DNA of 54,768 nucleotides, taken from assembly GCA_963575745.1 (NCBI GenBank), contig CAUYUJ010000215.1, forward strand, positions 62,001 to 116,768, given 5' to 3'. Below, one piece after another: positions 33,721 to 45,294 of the stretch. Position 1 is the first letter of the stretch, and every line of letters starts with the position of its first letter. Source of the DNA: Prorocentrum cordatum (taxonomy: Eukaryota). A program made the translations under genes and the position numbers. The notes under the pieces were generated by a model, which saw only the letters and a program-made list of their open reading frames with translations, made no database searches and was not told where the DNA came from.

Positions 33721-35137
33721 GGTCTTCTCGTGGGCCCCCCATGAGGCCACGGGGCGCTGCGCCGGGTGGGGTGGGCGCGCAGGGGGCGGGGGACGGGGGG
33801 TGATAGGAGGGGGGGCGCGGGCGGCCCCGCTGGGGCCTTCGCTGGAGCACCCTTGCGCGGTCATGAAACGTTACAGTTGGCGTGGCGGGCGCGCGCGGGC
33901 GGTCCCACTAGGACCTTGAGCGGGGCTTCCGATGGGGCCACGAAGCGCTGCGCTGGGCATGGGGAAATCACGCGGGCGGCTTCCAAGTGACCTTCGGTGG
34001 GCCGCCCTATGGCGCCACGAAGCGCCGTGTTGGGCGTGGCAGGTGCACGCGGGCTGTCTCATTGACAACATCGGTGGGGCATCCGATGGGGCCACGAAGC
34101 GCTGCACTGGCAGTGGCGGGCGCGCGCGCGCGCGTCCCCATTGGGACCTTCGGTTGAGCTTCCTTCCGACGGGCCCGCGGCGCGGTGTAGTGGGCGTGGC
34201 GGGCGCACGCGGGCGGTCCCGCTGTGATTTTCGGTGGGGCCCCATATGGGTCACGAAACGCTGCGCTGGGCGTGGCGGACGCACGCGGGCGGCACGGATG
34301 GGACCTTCGGTGGGGCATCCCATGTGGCCACGCAACGTTGTATTGGGCGTGTTGGGCGCATGCGGGCGGTCACGCTGTGACCTTCAGCGTGGCCCCCGAT
34401 GGGGCCACGAAGCGCGGTGCTGGGTGTGGCGGGCGCGCGTGGGTGGTCCCATTGGCATCTTTGGTTGGGCGCCCTATGGGGCCACGGAGCGCCGCGCTGG
34501 GTGTGGCGGGCGCATGCTGGTTGCCCCGCCGCGACTTGCAGCAGCGATCCGTATGGGGCCACGAAGCACTGTATTGGGCGTGGCGGGCGCGCGCGGGCGG
34601 CCCCGCTGCGACCTTCGGTGGGGCCCCCCTATGAGGCCGCGAAGCGGTGTGCTGGGCGTGGTTGGCGCGTGCGGGCGGGCCCATTGTGACCCTCGGTGGG
34701 GCCCCCCATGGGGCCACGAAGCGTTGTGCTGGATGGGGCGGACGCACGCGAGCGGCCCCATTAATATGTTGGGTGGGGCCCCACGTGGTGCCCCGAAACG
34801 TTGTGCTGGGCGTGGCGGGCGCATGCGGGCGGCCCCATCGGGGCCTTCTGTGGAGCACAGCATGAGGCCACGCAACAATGCACTGGACGTGGCGCACGTA
34901 CGCGGGCGGCCCCACTGAGACCTTCAGCGCACCCCCCCCCACACCCCTATGGGGCTCCCATGCGTGTCGAGGGTGTGCCGAAAGAGGGTGGTGCCACCAT
35001 GGCTGGCGAGAGCGATGTTATAATCATAGTGTGGCTGGGGATGGGGGGGAAGGAGGGAGCTGAGGAACAAAGGAGGAGCGAGGCGCGGTGCGCTGTCTTT
35101 TCCAAACGCGGGCCCGCCACCACAGGATAGCTGGGGG
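33720..35137 (+). mobile_element. Satellite-carrying non-autonomous element, second copy
   Basis: Same ~90-bp units and the same trailer (GCGTGTC.AGGGTGTGCCGAA...CCACAGGAT.G.TGGGG) as 19262-20770. Confidence 0.75.
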
Positions 35138-35184
35138 ACCGTCACGCCCTCTTCTGCCATGGCAACCGCGAATCCAGCAGCCGC

Positions 35185-36575
35185 CCTATGAGCCCCATGG
35201 GTCACATGAGCCCTGTGAGCCCTATGAGCCACGCAGGCTCTATGAACCATCTGAGCCGCGTGAGCCCTATGAGCCAGCTGCGCCCTGTGAGCCGCACGGC
35301 CCCCGTAAGGGCCCCATGGGCCCTACGAGCCGTACGGGCCCCATTGGCTTTATAAGGCCTGTGAGTCTTATGGATTTGGTGAACCCTAGGGCGCATGGGC
35401 CTATGCGGTATAAAGGAATCATCGGCATCATAGGGCTCATAGGGCCGAGAGGGCACATATGACCCATAGGGTTTGTAGGGGCCATATGGCTCGTAGGGTG
35501 CATCGGGCCCAGATGGCCCATAGGGTTCATAGGGCCCACAGGCCTCGTAGGGTTCATATGGCCCATTGGGCTCGTAGGGCTCACATGGCTTATAGGGCAC
35601 ATAAGGCTCCTAGGGCCCATGTTGATCATAGGGCCCATAGGGCTCCTAGGGCTTATAAGGCCCTGTAGGGCCCATATGGCTCATAGGGCCCATGGGGCCC
35701 ACAAGGTTCATAGGGCAAATCTGCGTCATAGTGCCGAACGGGCTCATACTGCGTATAGGGCCCGCAAGGGTGATGGGGCTCGTAGTGCCCAGATGGCTCA
35801 TATGGATCATTGGATACATACGGCTCGTAACGCTCATGGGGCCCATTGGGGTCATAGGCGCCACATGGCTCATAGGGCTCATAGGGCTCGTAGGGCGCAT
35901 GAGGCCTATAGGGGACCTTCGGTGGAGGCCCCTGCGGGGCCACAAGGCGCTGCGGTGACTGGCAGCTCCACGCAAGCATGGTTCAGAGGCCCAGTGTGGC
36001 AACGCGAAGCGTGGACTTGAGTGCTCCCAAGGCCCTGCGCCCGCGGCGCCCGCGGGCCTGTCGCCGCAGTCTCGGGAGGGCTGGGCGGGGCGCACTTCGG
36101 AGGGGCTCGAGGCGGAGAGAGGCAAAAAAAAAATCATCCTCGACCACCCTGGCCGCGCGAGGTCCGCCGACGGGCAAGATTGCTCGTCCGAAGCCTGGCG
36201 GGGGAAGTGCAGCGGACGACGGTGCGAGCTCGCATCTTCCAACTCCTTGGAAAAAACAGTTGAAGTGGCGACGAGGTTGGGCCAATGGCGGCTCATAGGC
36301 CTCATCGGGCTCATAGGGCTCATAGGGTTGTTCGGGCTCATGGGGCCCGTAGGGCTCGGAGGGCCCGTATGGCATAGGACCCACACAAGCAAATTGAGCC
36401 CTATGACCCCTATCAGCTGCATGAACCCCATGGGCCCTATGAGCCCTATGGGCCCTGCGAGCCCCACCAGCCCTATGAGCCCTTCTGGGCACTACGAGCC
36501 CCATGGGCCCCATGAGGCCCCCTACGAGCCCTGAGGGGCCTATGAGCCCTACGGGCTCCATGAGCCCTCTGAGTC
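35185..36575. repeat. (GGGCTCATA)n minisatellite blocks in alternating orientation
   Basis: ATGAGCCC-type block at about 35185-35400, GGGCTCATA at 35430-35910 and 36290-36380, ATGAGCCC again at 36395-36575. Confidence 0.85.
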
Positions 36576-36974
36576 CGATGAACAATTGAAGAGAAGCACA
36601 GCGAGCTGCAACCCTTGCACCTGTATAGATATGTATGTAAAGGTATACATATGTAATGTATGTATAAGGATATGCATATGTGTCATTCGGCGGCGTGGTG
36701 TCTGAAAGGCGACAGGCATGACCTCGCTCACCATTCAACCTTCACAATACAACACTTTGCACTGTAATCAAAATGTGACCCTCTTCACACACATCCTCTC
36801 CCCCCCTCCTCTCCTCCCCCGTTCTCGCCCCGAATCTTCCGCCTAGTGGCCCAAATGCTCGGCGCGACGGCAGTGCAACGGAACGCTGCCGAAATGCGAC
36901 GTCCATGCAATGCTACGGCTGCTGGCAGGACGGCGGTCACGCGCGGCAGCGCCACTGATGCAACACAGCACTGC

Positions 36975-38065
36975 TCATGAAACTTCAGGCGGCTCAGAGT
37001 CGCAACCATCATCGGTTGGCGACTCCTTCTCAAATAAAGCATCGGAGCCTGGAACACGATGCAACGATCTCCTGCCATCCACGCGGCCTGCGTGATCATG
37101 GCGTAGTAGCTGTCGCAAGGCATCGAGCTCATCGTGCATCTCGAAATTGTGCATCCAATGCATCATGTAGCCGAGTGGTCGCCCTTGTCCTTTCCGGCGG
37201 CCACGATACGATACTTTTGTGAGCTTGCAATTGGCATGAACGAGGCACTCGCATTCAAAGAAGCCGCCTTTCTTGGCATACCATCGTATCACCCCCATCT
37301 CAGGAACCCGAAGGACGACATCTGCAGCTCCCCTCGGCGCGTGCGCTAGACCTCCTGGAGGATGGGGTGGGGCTGGGACGGGATCACAGTCGCCACCTTC
37401 GCCGCCGCCCTCCTCACTGGCGGCGGCCTTGGAGCCGCCGTCGGAAACCTTGCCGTCAGTGCTCGAGCTGCCGCCATCGCTGGAGTCGGACGAGTGCGTG
37501 CTGTCGTTGTCGTTGCTGCTGCTGCTGCTGCTGTCGAGGGAGCCGCTGCCGCTGGAAGACGATGAACTGTCTTCAGCCGAAGACCCCCTGGTCCAGTCGG
37601 AGCCCACTGCATCGCCGCCTGGGTCGGAACTGCCGTCGGCGCTCGGGCCATCCATAGAGATAGCTGCACGACGCTCGTGTCCAAGAACATGCCACGACGA
37701 CGTCCTGTCAGACGTGTCCTGCACGGCAGGATCCCACACTGTGGTTAACGCTCCATCTCTGATCGTTTCCAAACGGAGATACTTGGGCGTAAAATCTGCA
37801 ACAAACCTATTATCAGCTACGACCGAGCATACGAACAACCGCCAGGTGTCAGACTTATCCATTGGAGAAGCTGCTTGATACGAATCAAAGTACATATGCA
37901 TGCTCTCGACGACAATCTGCCCCATGAACCTGATGCGACCCCCGTCGTCGCCAAACTCGGCCTCGAACTCTGTATTCCCAATCAAATCAACCTGGTGGTA
38001 CTGCGGCTCAAACGGAGACAATTTGCATTTACCAATGTGGAACCATAAGAATCGATGCTCATCGC
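36975..38065 (-). CDS. Transposase-like gene, exon 4 (acidic/Ser-rich linker and C-terminal Cys/His domain)
   Basis: Complex protein-like sequence FLWFHIG...ECECLVHANC...GRPLGYMMHW...EPPEVS*. Confidence 0.72.
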
Positions 38066-38446
38066 CTCGTGACGTCAAGCTTGAACGTGCGTGATTTTCA
38101 AAGGCGCTGCTCGGACGTCGGCCCCAGGGCGAAAACTGCCCCTCCCCCTCCCCCTCTGAAGTCCTCTCCCTCCTTCCGTTTGCCGACCGTCTCGTCTTAC
38201 CCCCCCTCCTCCTCCGCGCCCCTGCCCGCCCCTTTTCAGTTGCGCCCCCGCAGTCTACGGGGCGGGCGGGGGGGGGGGGTGGAGGGAAAGGTCGAGGCGG
38301 ACGCGGGGAAGGCATTCGGAAGGCCAGGAGGAGACGACTGGGCACGGGGAAGGCACGGTTTTTTTCTGGGTGCCTACTCCAAGAAAACGTGTTTCGAGCA
38401 GCGCCCCTAAAACCACGCGCGCCCAGCACACGTCCACTGATGGCTC
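38066..38446 (-). other. Putative in-frame, stop-free intron with internal inverted repeats (donor position uncertain by 1-5 codons)
   Basis: Low-complexity translation; imperfect IR at 38087-38113 and 38395-38420; AG|GC acceptor; phase-1 GA or GT donors. Confidence 0.6.
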
Positions 38447-39690
38447 CTGACTGGTCCGTGCCCACGAGGCCGAGGACGAGCTTGCCCTGGATGAGGTTCT
38501 TCCGCGCCTGCGAATGCGGAGGACACAGACGACGAAGGCACGCATTCATCACAAGAACATGTTTCGATACGTGGCCATTCTCACCAGCGGCACAGACACA
38601 CATGCCAGCACGACAACATTTCGAATCTCTATGCTGAGTGAAGTCGCGGTCGTGATCTCCATCGTGTTGCACGGGGGCAGACATCCCGTGACAGGTCTGG
38701 TCGAGCAGCTCCATGACTTTCTGGATGCCTGGTGCTTTTCCCGAAGCGCTGCCTGCTCCCATGGCTCGACCAATCGATGTAGACTGCCAACATAAGCTCA
38801 CGTGAGGATGGGATTCAGAGGCCTGCTGCTGCAAGGGCACCGCAAATACTTGGTCCAAGACGTGCTCTGCGCCGATGGAGCTGCAAGCGCGATCCGCGCT
38901 TGCCTGGCCGAGGTCGGGGCTGTTCGTGTACGTGGCCAGCTGCTGCGCGGAGGCCGAGTCGATGGCGGCGTCGATGCGGTAGCGCTCGCGGCAGCGCCTG
39001 CCAGAGTCGTGGATATCCGACCATTTGACCGTGGACTCTCGAATCACATCGTTCAAGGACTCCCTGGTGGTGCGATCGGAATCTGTGGACTGGATCACAT
39101 GTTGGTTGGCGTCGATGGCTGCCCTCGCCAACGCCGCCTGGCGCTGGCGGCGGCCCGCCCGATCCACACGAGAAGGTTTCATGCCCAGGGGATGACGTGA
39201 TCCTGCCACTCGAGCATCGTCGGCCGCGGCTGCCCTCTCTCGCAGACGCTGGAACTCCTGGTCGGAGATCTCCGCGTAGGAGGCGGCCAGCGCAGACAAG
39301 TCCCTGCCTGGCCCGCGCACCCCTGCAGTCTGCTCAGAAACCCACACCCTGTAGGGGCCCATATTCCTCTTCTTCGCGCCGTCGCGGGGGGGCGGGTCAG
39401 AGGTCTCCTCGGGCCGCTGACGAAACCGTTCGTGGCGCGAAGCATCTGGGCGCCCCCACAATTTGTTTTTCTTTCTGTGCTGGGAACCAATCCACTCGGC
39501 ATTCAGATTTTCCCTGGACAGTGCTGGCGCCTGGGTCGACATAATATTCAATATGCGTCGTATAGAAGCGTGGGAAACCTCGATGGCGGCTGTGTCAAGC
39601 TCTGCAAGCAACGCAATAAGTCTGAGCATGTGTTGGTGGTCGGTCTGGGATTCTGCATTCGTAACTTCTGAAAGGAATCCAACCAACCCT
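38447..39690 (-). CDS. Transposase-like gene, exon 3 (putative catalytic E, HMG-box-like segment, Cys cluster)
   Basis: DTAAIEVSHASIRR; KRNMGPYRVWVSEQ...LAASYAEISDQEFQRLRERA; CCRAGMCVC. Confidence 0.75.
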
Positions 39691-40690
39691 CTGGGCGCAG
39701 GTGTCTAGCGAACTTCTCCTTCCAACCCCCATTCTTCCCGTTTGGGGAGAGGTTTACCCCTCCCCCCGCACCCCCTCCCTTGGGTCTGGACGGGGCGCAC
39801 CGCGAGGTGTCTGAGGGTACGTTTTCTTAACATATGGCACCAAAAGGGCCTCATAATGCCAACAAACATGACCCCACAATGGCTCAATATAGCCCAAGAT
39901 GCCCCAAGTCGGCCCCCAAGATGCCCCAAGTGGCCCCAAGAACGCTCCAAAACGGCCCCACGACGCCTCCGAAACCTCCAAGGAGGCCCCCAAGAAGCGA
40001 GACGCCTTCCAACACCGAAGAAAAAACAGCGATGTTTGCATAGTCGCCCCTTCCCTTTCGATAGCCTCCCGAGGCCTCAAGACGGCTCCAAGATGGCCCA
40101 ACAGTGCCCCGAAAGAAGCCCAAGAGAACCCCAAAACGGCCCCAGGAACGCCCAAGAGCGCCCCAATAGCGCTCCCAGAGGGCGCAAATAGACAATGTTG
40201 GTGGCCCCCGAGGGGGTGCGCTAAGTCCAGTTTTCCTCTCGTTTGCTCCAGGTCCTCCAAGATGGCCCCATAATCGCCCCTAAAGCGCCAGAGAGCGCAC
40301 CGCGGGGGCCCCAAGAGGCGCCCAAACTGCCCCACTAGGCCCCCAAGAGGCCCCCAAGAGGCCCCCAAGAGACCCCGTACGAGGCCCCAAAAGGATCACC
40401 GATGTACCCAATTCTACATCCTTTTCCTCCCTCTCCTCCTCCTCCTCGTCCTCCTCGTCCTTGCCTTACCCCACCTCATCCTCCTCCTCATCCTCCCCGT
40501 CTCCCTCTCCCTCCTCCTCCTCCTCCGGCGGCGGCGACGATCCATCATCCATCTTCCCCCTTTGGTGTACATGGCGATTTCCCCCGCCCCTTGTTCTCGT
40601 GCATGTTAAACCACTTCCCTGGTAACCTCAAGCCCACTGGACATCGTTAGTGGATGGGCTGGTGGGGGCACGCGAAGCGTCAACAATTGC
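39691..40690 (-). other. GC-AG intron (1000 bp) consisting almost wholly of a dispersed repeat
   Basis: AG|GC donor and CCCAG acceptor restore frame (CSR/GLVG); the body is homologous to 20860-21830. Confidence 0.65.
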
Positions 40691-41211
40691 CTTGAGCATC
40701 TATCCATCACACACTGCGGTTCTTTCGACATTCTCTCCAATAAACCTGGATCAGAAAGGGCACAAAACAGTTTCATTGGATATCGTTTGTAGTCGTGCTT
40801 CATCTCGTTAATACCACATGCGCTGTGCACCAACTTGCAAAGCCATTCCGTCCTCAAGCGTTCAGTTCTGCTGTGCTGTGGTACTGCTCTGTGTCGATCG
40901 CTGTTTGTCATGATGTCACGCGTGCTGGACAAGAACTCATCCTCAAGAACACACGACGTTGCTACAGTGACTCTGTGGTGCCTCAGCCCAGCGCCTGTGG
41001 CGCCGCTGCTGAGGGCGGATGCCTCGTGGGCCCGCTGCCTCAATTCAAATTGTTCGCCTCCGAAATACAACAGCTGTTGGACGTGCACACGGTGCGGCTC
41101 GATGAGTGTTCTGGTTGTGACAACTTCGGCCAGCAGTGATGGATGGTAGCACATCTTGAGGGTGTGTTTGCGACGGGCGTCTTGCACTTGTCTGGTGTCA
41201 TTGTAGTCTGC
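40691..41211 (-). CDS. Transposase-like gene, exon 2 (helical insertion domain)
   Basis: Open frame ADYNDTRQVQDARRK...YPMKLF...CVMDRCS, in frame with both neighbouring exons. Confidence 0.75.
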
Positions 41212-41869
41212 CTGGTGGCCAACGGAAACAGCATCCGCGACCCAACATCAATCCTGCAAGTCGCCCACGCTGGGATCACAGGTTCCGCTACCACCTCGCA
41301 AACAAAAAAAGAGGAGGGCGGGGGACGCAAGGAGGAGGACACGGAGGAGGACGTGTGCGATGATGCAGGCGAGGCGGAGGGCGGCAGTGAGAAGGCAGGG
41401 GGCAAGGCAGGAAGGGGCGAGGGGGAGAGGGGGAGGGCGGGTAAAAGGGGCGGGGGGGTAAGAAGACATTGAGTGACTGACACGCGGTTGTTGAGCAATG
41501 ATGTATTAAAAGGGCCCCCCCATTTAATTGATGTAGGCATGCTCACGTTGTGCCATATGGGAGCCGACGGTCTGCGCGCAGCCCCAGCCCACCCCCTGGG
41601 AGCCGACGGCCCCGCGCACAGTCCCAACCGACCCCCATGGGAGCCGACGGTCCCGCACGCAGCCCCAGTCGACTCTTTGAGGGCCGACGTATCCGCGCAC
41701 AGTCCCAGCCGACCCCCGTGGGAGCCGACGGTCCACGCGCAGTCCCAGAAGGCCCCCTGGGAACAGACGGCCCGCCCGCAGTCCCAGCCGACCCCCATAT
41801 GTTCAGTTTGTTTATGTGGTTTCAGGGCCACTTGCAGGATTGATGTTGTTTTTTCCTTCACTTGCGCAC
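41212..41869 (-). other. GT-AG intron with 24-bp subterminal inverted repeats and an internal ~40-bp tandem array (introner-like)
   Basis: GAG|GT donor and CCAG|G acceptor; IR at 41243-41266 and 41825-41848 (23/24); GGGAGCCGACGG units at about 41555-41795. Confidence 0.75.
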
Positions 41870-43762
41870 CTCGTCGGGGCCCTTGTCGGCGCCGCCAAAC
41901 GCGACGCCGCCCTCGAAGCCGCCGTCGCCCTCGTAGTGCTTGGGCAACACGCGGGTCGGATCGATGGGGATCTTGGCGCCGTAAGCGCGGCAGAATCGCA
42001 TGTATGTTGGTTTGAGGAGGCCGAAGAAATGAAGCAGCCCAACTGTGTCAAACGCATCCTCGTTCTTGATCCAATTTCTGCCTGGGAAGGACTTCGGTAT
42101 ACAGGGCACCAGAGCGAACACAAATGATGACTTCATCCGGTTGCGGCATTGATTTTCTGATTTACAGCACTGGCACGACCGCTCATAATGCACCAACCCA
42201 TCACCAACGGAATGCACCAAACTAAGAATGACATCCCGCCTCCGTATATTCTGTTTGATCGATCTGGGCAGGAATACGTCCAAAACAGATATGATGTCAT
42301 CTCTGGAAGTGCGGTCCTGCAGCCTGTCTGTGTTGAAAGTGAAAAAGCCGTGGCTGGCGAGCACGTCTCTCATAGCTGCGCGGAATGTGTTCAGGGAACC
42401 TTGCATGCGCATGCTCAATACACAAGATATCATGGACGTCGTAATATCAGAAGACATATGTTTAAGGATGTGCTCTCTCATGGCGGCCGCCCTGTGTAAC
42501 TGACACTTGAAAGCAAAATAATGGTGGCGATATCCTACGTTTGCGATGGCACGTTCTGCTTTCGCAACAGCTTTGTCGGCATCATTTGTAGCAACCCTGC
42601 ACGTATACTCAAAGAAGTGATCTACTTCGTGGAGCGGTAACTTGGACATTTCAATGGCATCAGCGTAAACCTCACCTGTTGTTCTAGACAAACATTGCAG
42701 CCACTGCGTTGTTTTAAAACAAATCGACGTGTACAAACCCTTGTTATAAACCAGAACTCCATATTTCCACTCTGTGTTCAACAACTTTGTTGGGGCGGTC
42801 TGGTGCTGAGTGCGTCCAGCCAGCGGCAGAGGTTCGATCTCGATGTCTTCAACAGCTTGGTACGCCCTGGCGTGAGACTGCTGTGCAATGAGAGACTCCT
42901 TGATCTTGACAGGCATGGGCGTCTCGTCGCACCGTGGGTGCTCGACCAAGTATATACAACGACCGCCTGTGGACTTGACAGCTTCACATACTTGCTTGAT
43001 CATGTTGATCGCATCGCGCCGTTCCACAATCACGGCTGCTGTAGCGACACGTCTCTGAATAATTGGGTACATGTCCACAGACACACTATGCGCCCTGGCA
43101 CCTGCAGAATGAGAGGTCACGTGCTTCCGCTTGAACAAATCTTCCGCCACATTGTGCTGCGTCGTTGGGAATATATCTGTGCGTTCGTTGTGTGACTCGT
43201 GCACTCTTGCCACGCAATCAATTGCTTTGGGAAGAATGTGACCAGATACGCGAAGTGCCCGAGTGTAGACGCTCATCATATATGTGGAACGCTCATTGTC
43301 TGTCAGTGGCTCGGGTGGGAGGGCAGCTAAAACAAGGGCCTGTCGATCACCAGATAATTCCTGCATGTCGTAATCGTTCGCCTCCAAAAAACTGAGCAAC
43401 GGTTGCATGACTTCTTTGGGTCTGAGTGTTCGCCGCCGCGGCAAAAGAGCATGGGGGGCAGCGTGGGCCATCTGAACGTCCTCACTGCGCGGCACATACG
43501 GAACTATGGCGCCATCACCGTCGGCCATCTCCGCCTCGAGGTGATCACTGGCGCCGTCGCCCTGGGGACCCTGCTCGACAGAAGAAGCGTGCCACGAACT
43601 CTCGGTGCCGCTGATGCCCTGGCCCTCCTCTCGTTGATCGGCCAGGTCCGCCCAGTGAGCAGGGACATCGGGCGAACCCGAACTGGACTCACCAGCTTGG
43701 CGCTCAGAACTCAAGGCGGCCCAGCCGATCATCACCACAAAACTCGCAGTGAACAGCTTCAT
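41870..43762 (-). CDS. Transposase-like gene, exon 1: DDE-type core with CxxH motif (start codon uncertain)
   Basis: YLVEHPRCDETP (D1), RVATNDADKAVAKAE (D2), FKCQLH (CxxH), FPGRNW. Confidence 0.7.
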
Positions 43763-43803
43763 TCCTCTAGACGAAAACCGTCGGGAAGAAACACGGCTAT
43801 GGC

Positions 43804-43825
43804 TTTGAGCCAGACTGGTTACGGA
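43804..43825 (-). other. Degenerate DinoSL relic TCCGTAACCAGTCTGGCTCAAA
   Basis: 18/22 match to the SL, same strand, 41 nt upstream of ATG 43762. Confidence 0.6.
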
Positions 43826-45294
43826 TCCCGTTCTCGTGCTTTCCTTCTTGCCCCTTCCTCCCCTTCCCTTGGGCCTCCCTCCCTCCAGCCCTTCCCCTCT
43901 CTCCCTCTCGTCCACACCTCCTCTCCCTTTCCCTCGCCGCTCTCCCCGCCCCTCCACTTTCCAGTCGCACACGGGACTGGGTGATTCTCCCCCCGAACTG
44001 CTGCAAGGGGGCAGGGTGCGGTTGCTTGTTGGACGCTGCGTTCGGGTCGAAACCCAGGCGGGAACTAGGAGGATGACGAGAGGCGGGAGGAAGGGGTCGA
44101 AGGAACAGAGTGCGTGGCCATTCGATGACACCGCAATTCGAGTCTTGCACGTTCCTGGCAGGTGGCGGGACAGATTCGACAGAAGAAGTCTCAAGCGAAA
44201 CACCCAGCCCGCCCTAAATTTTAGAGCAGTGGCGAGGCACCAGTCCTGGCAAGTGGCGTTCAGAGTCATGTTTTGCGCGCGTGTGCGCTACTGACCGTAG
44301 GATCGGGGTCGAAACACAAACACTCTGCATCCTGAATAAGAAACGCATGGAGCTCTCATATTTCATACACGTGATCATTTAATTGATGGGGCCACGTCTG
44401 CCGAATCGTGAGTGTCTTTTTTACGTAGTGGCATCATATGTTTCAACCATGCTTTTTCTATGATTTGGGGTTTGGGTGGTTTCCACGAGTTTACAGGCCA
44501 GACGAAGCACAAATGTATGTAGGTAGGTAGGTAGGTAGGTAGGTAGGTAGGTATGTGTATGTATGTGCATGTATGTGCATGTATGTGCATGTATGTGTAC
44601 GTTTATATATACACACAAACAGACAGACCGGGCCCCCTCCCGGGGCGTCCTCCACCTCGCTTACATCTGGTGTGCGCTCCCGGTACCGCGCTTCCCGGCC
44701 TCCCGGGGAGCCCCCACAATGCCCAAAGACAGTCCAAGACGACCCCAAGAAGCCCCCACAACGTAAGAGAATTGCCCAAGACGCTACCAAGCAACCCAGA
44801 ATAGCTTTCGGGCGGCTCTCTAGGCTCCCAGGAGACCCCCAAGAGACCCCCAAGAGAGCTCCGAGAGGCCTCCGATAATTGTCTGTGTGTTTGCAGGTTG
44901 TTGGCCTTCTCACCATTTCAGACTTCCAACGCTCCAGGACGGCCGAAGAAGCCCCCAAGACGGCCCCAAGACTGGCCAAAGAGGCCCCGAGACTGCCGAA
45001 GAGGCGCCCAGAACAGCTCCAGACCACCCAAGAACAGGCCCCAGATGAGCCCAAGAGCGGGAGCAGGAGGCCGCCAGAGACCTCGAAGAGGACTCCAGGA
45101 CCCCCCAGAGGCCCCCAACACACCCCAGACCCTTGAGAGGCTCTTACAAAATCCCCGACGAGGCCCCCAAAACAGCCCAAGAGAGCTTCGAGAGCCGTCC
45201 CGAGAGAGCCCGAAGAGGGTATACACATTGATTGTCAGTGGTTTTTGTCGACGCTGTTCGCCTTCTCACGTTTTCCTCCTTCCAACGCTCCAAG

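Noticed and set aside
19262..35137. Two inverted satellite-carrying elements as giant TIRs around the 1107-aa gene
   Set aside because: The copies are substantially diverged, no TSD is evident, and the family appears abundant, so independent insertions are more parsimonious.
43826..44269. N-terminal 169 codons of the 803-aa ORF
   Set aside because: Includes a purine/pyrimidine low-complexity tract and lies upstream of the SL relic; more likely non-coding, although an extra upstream exon cannot be excluded.
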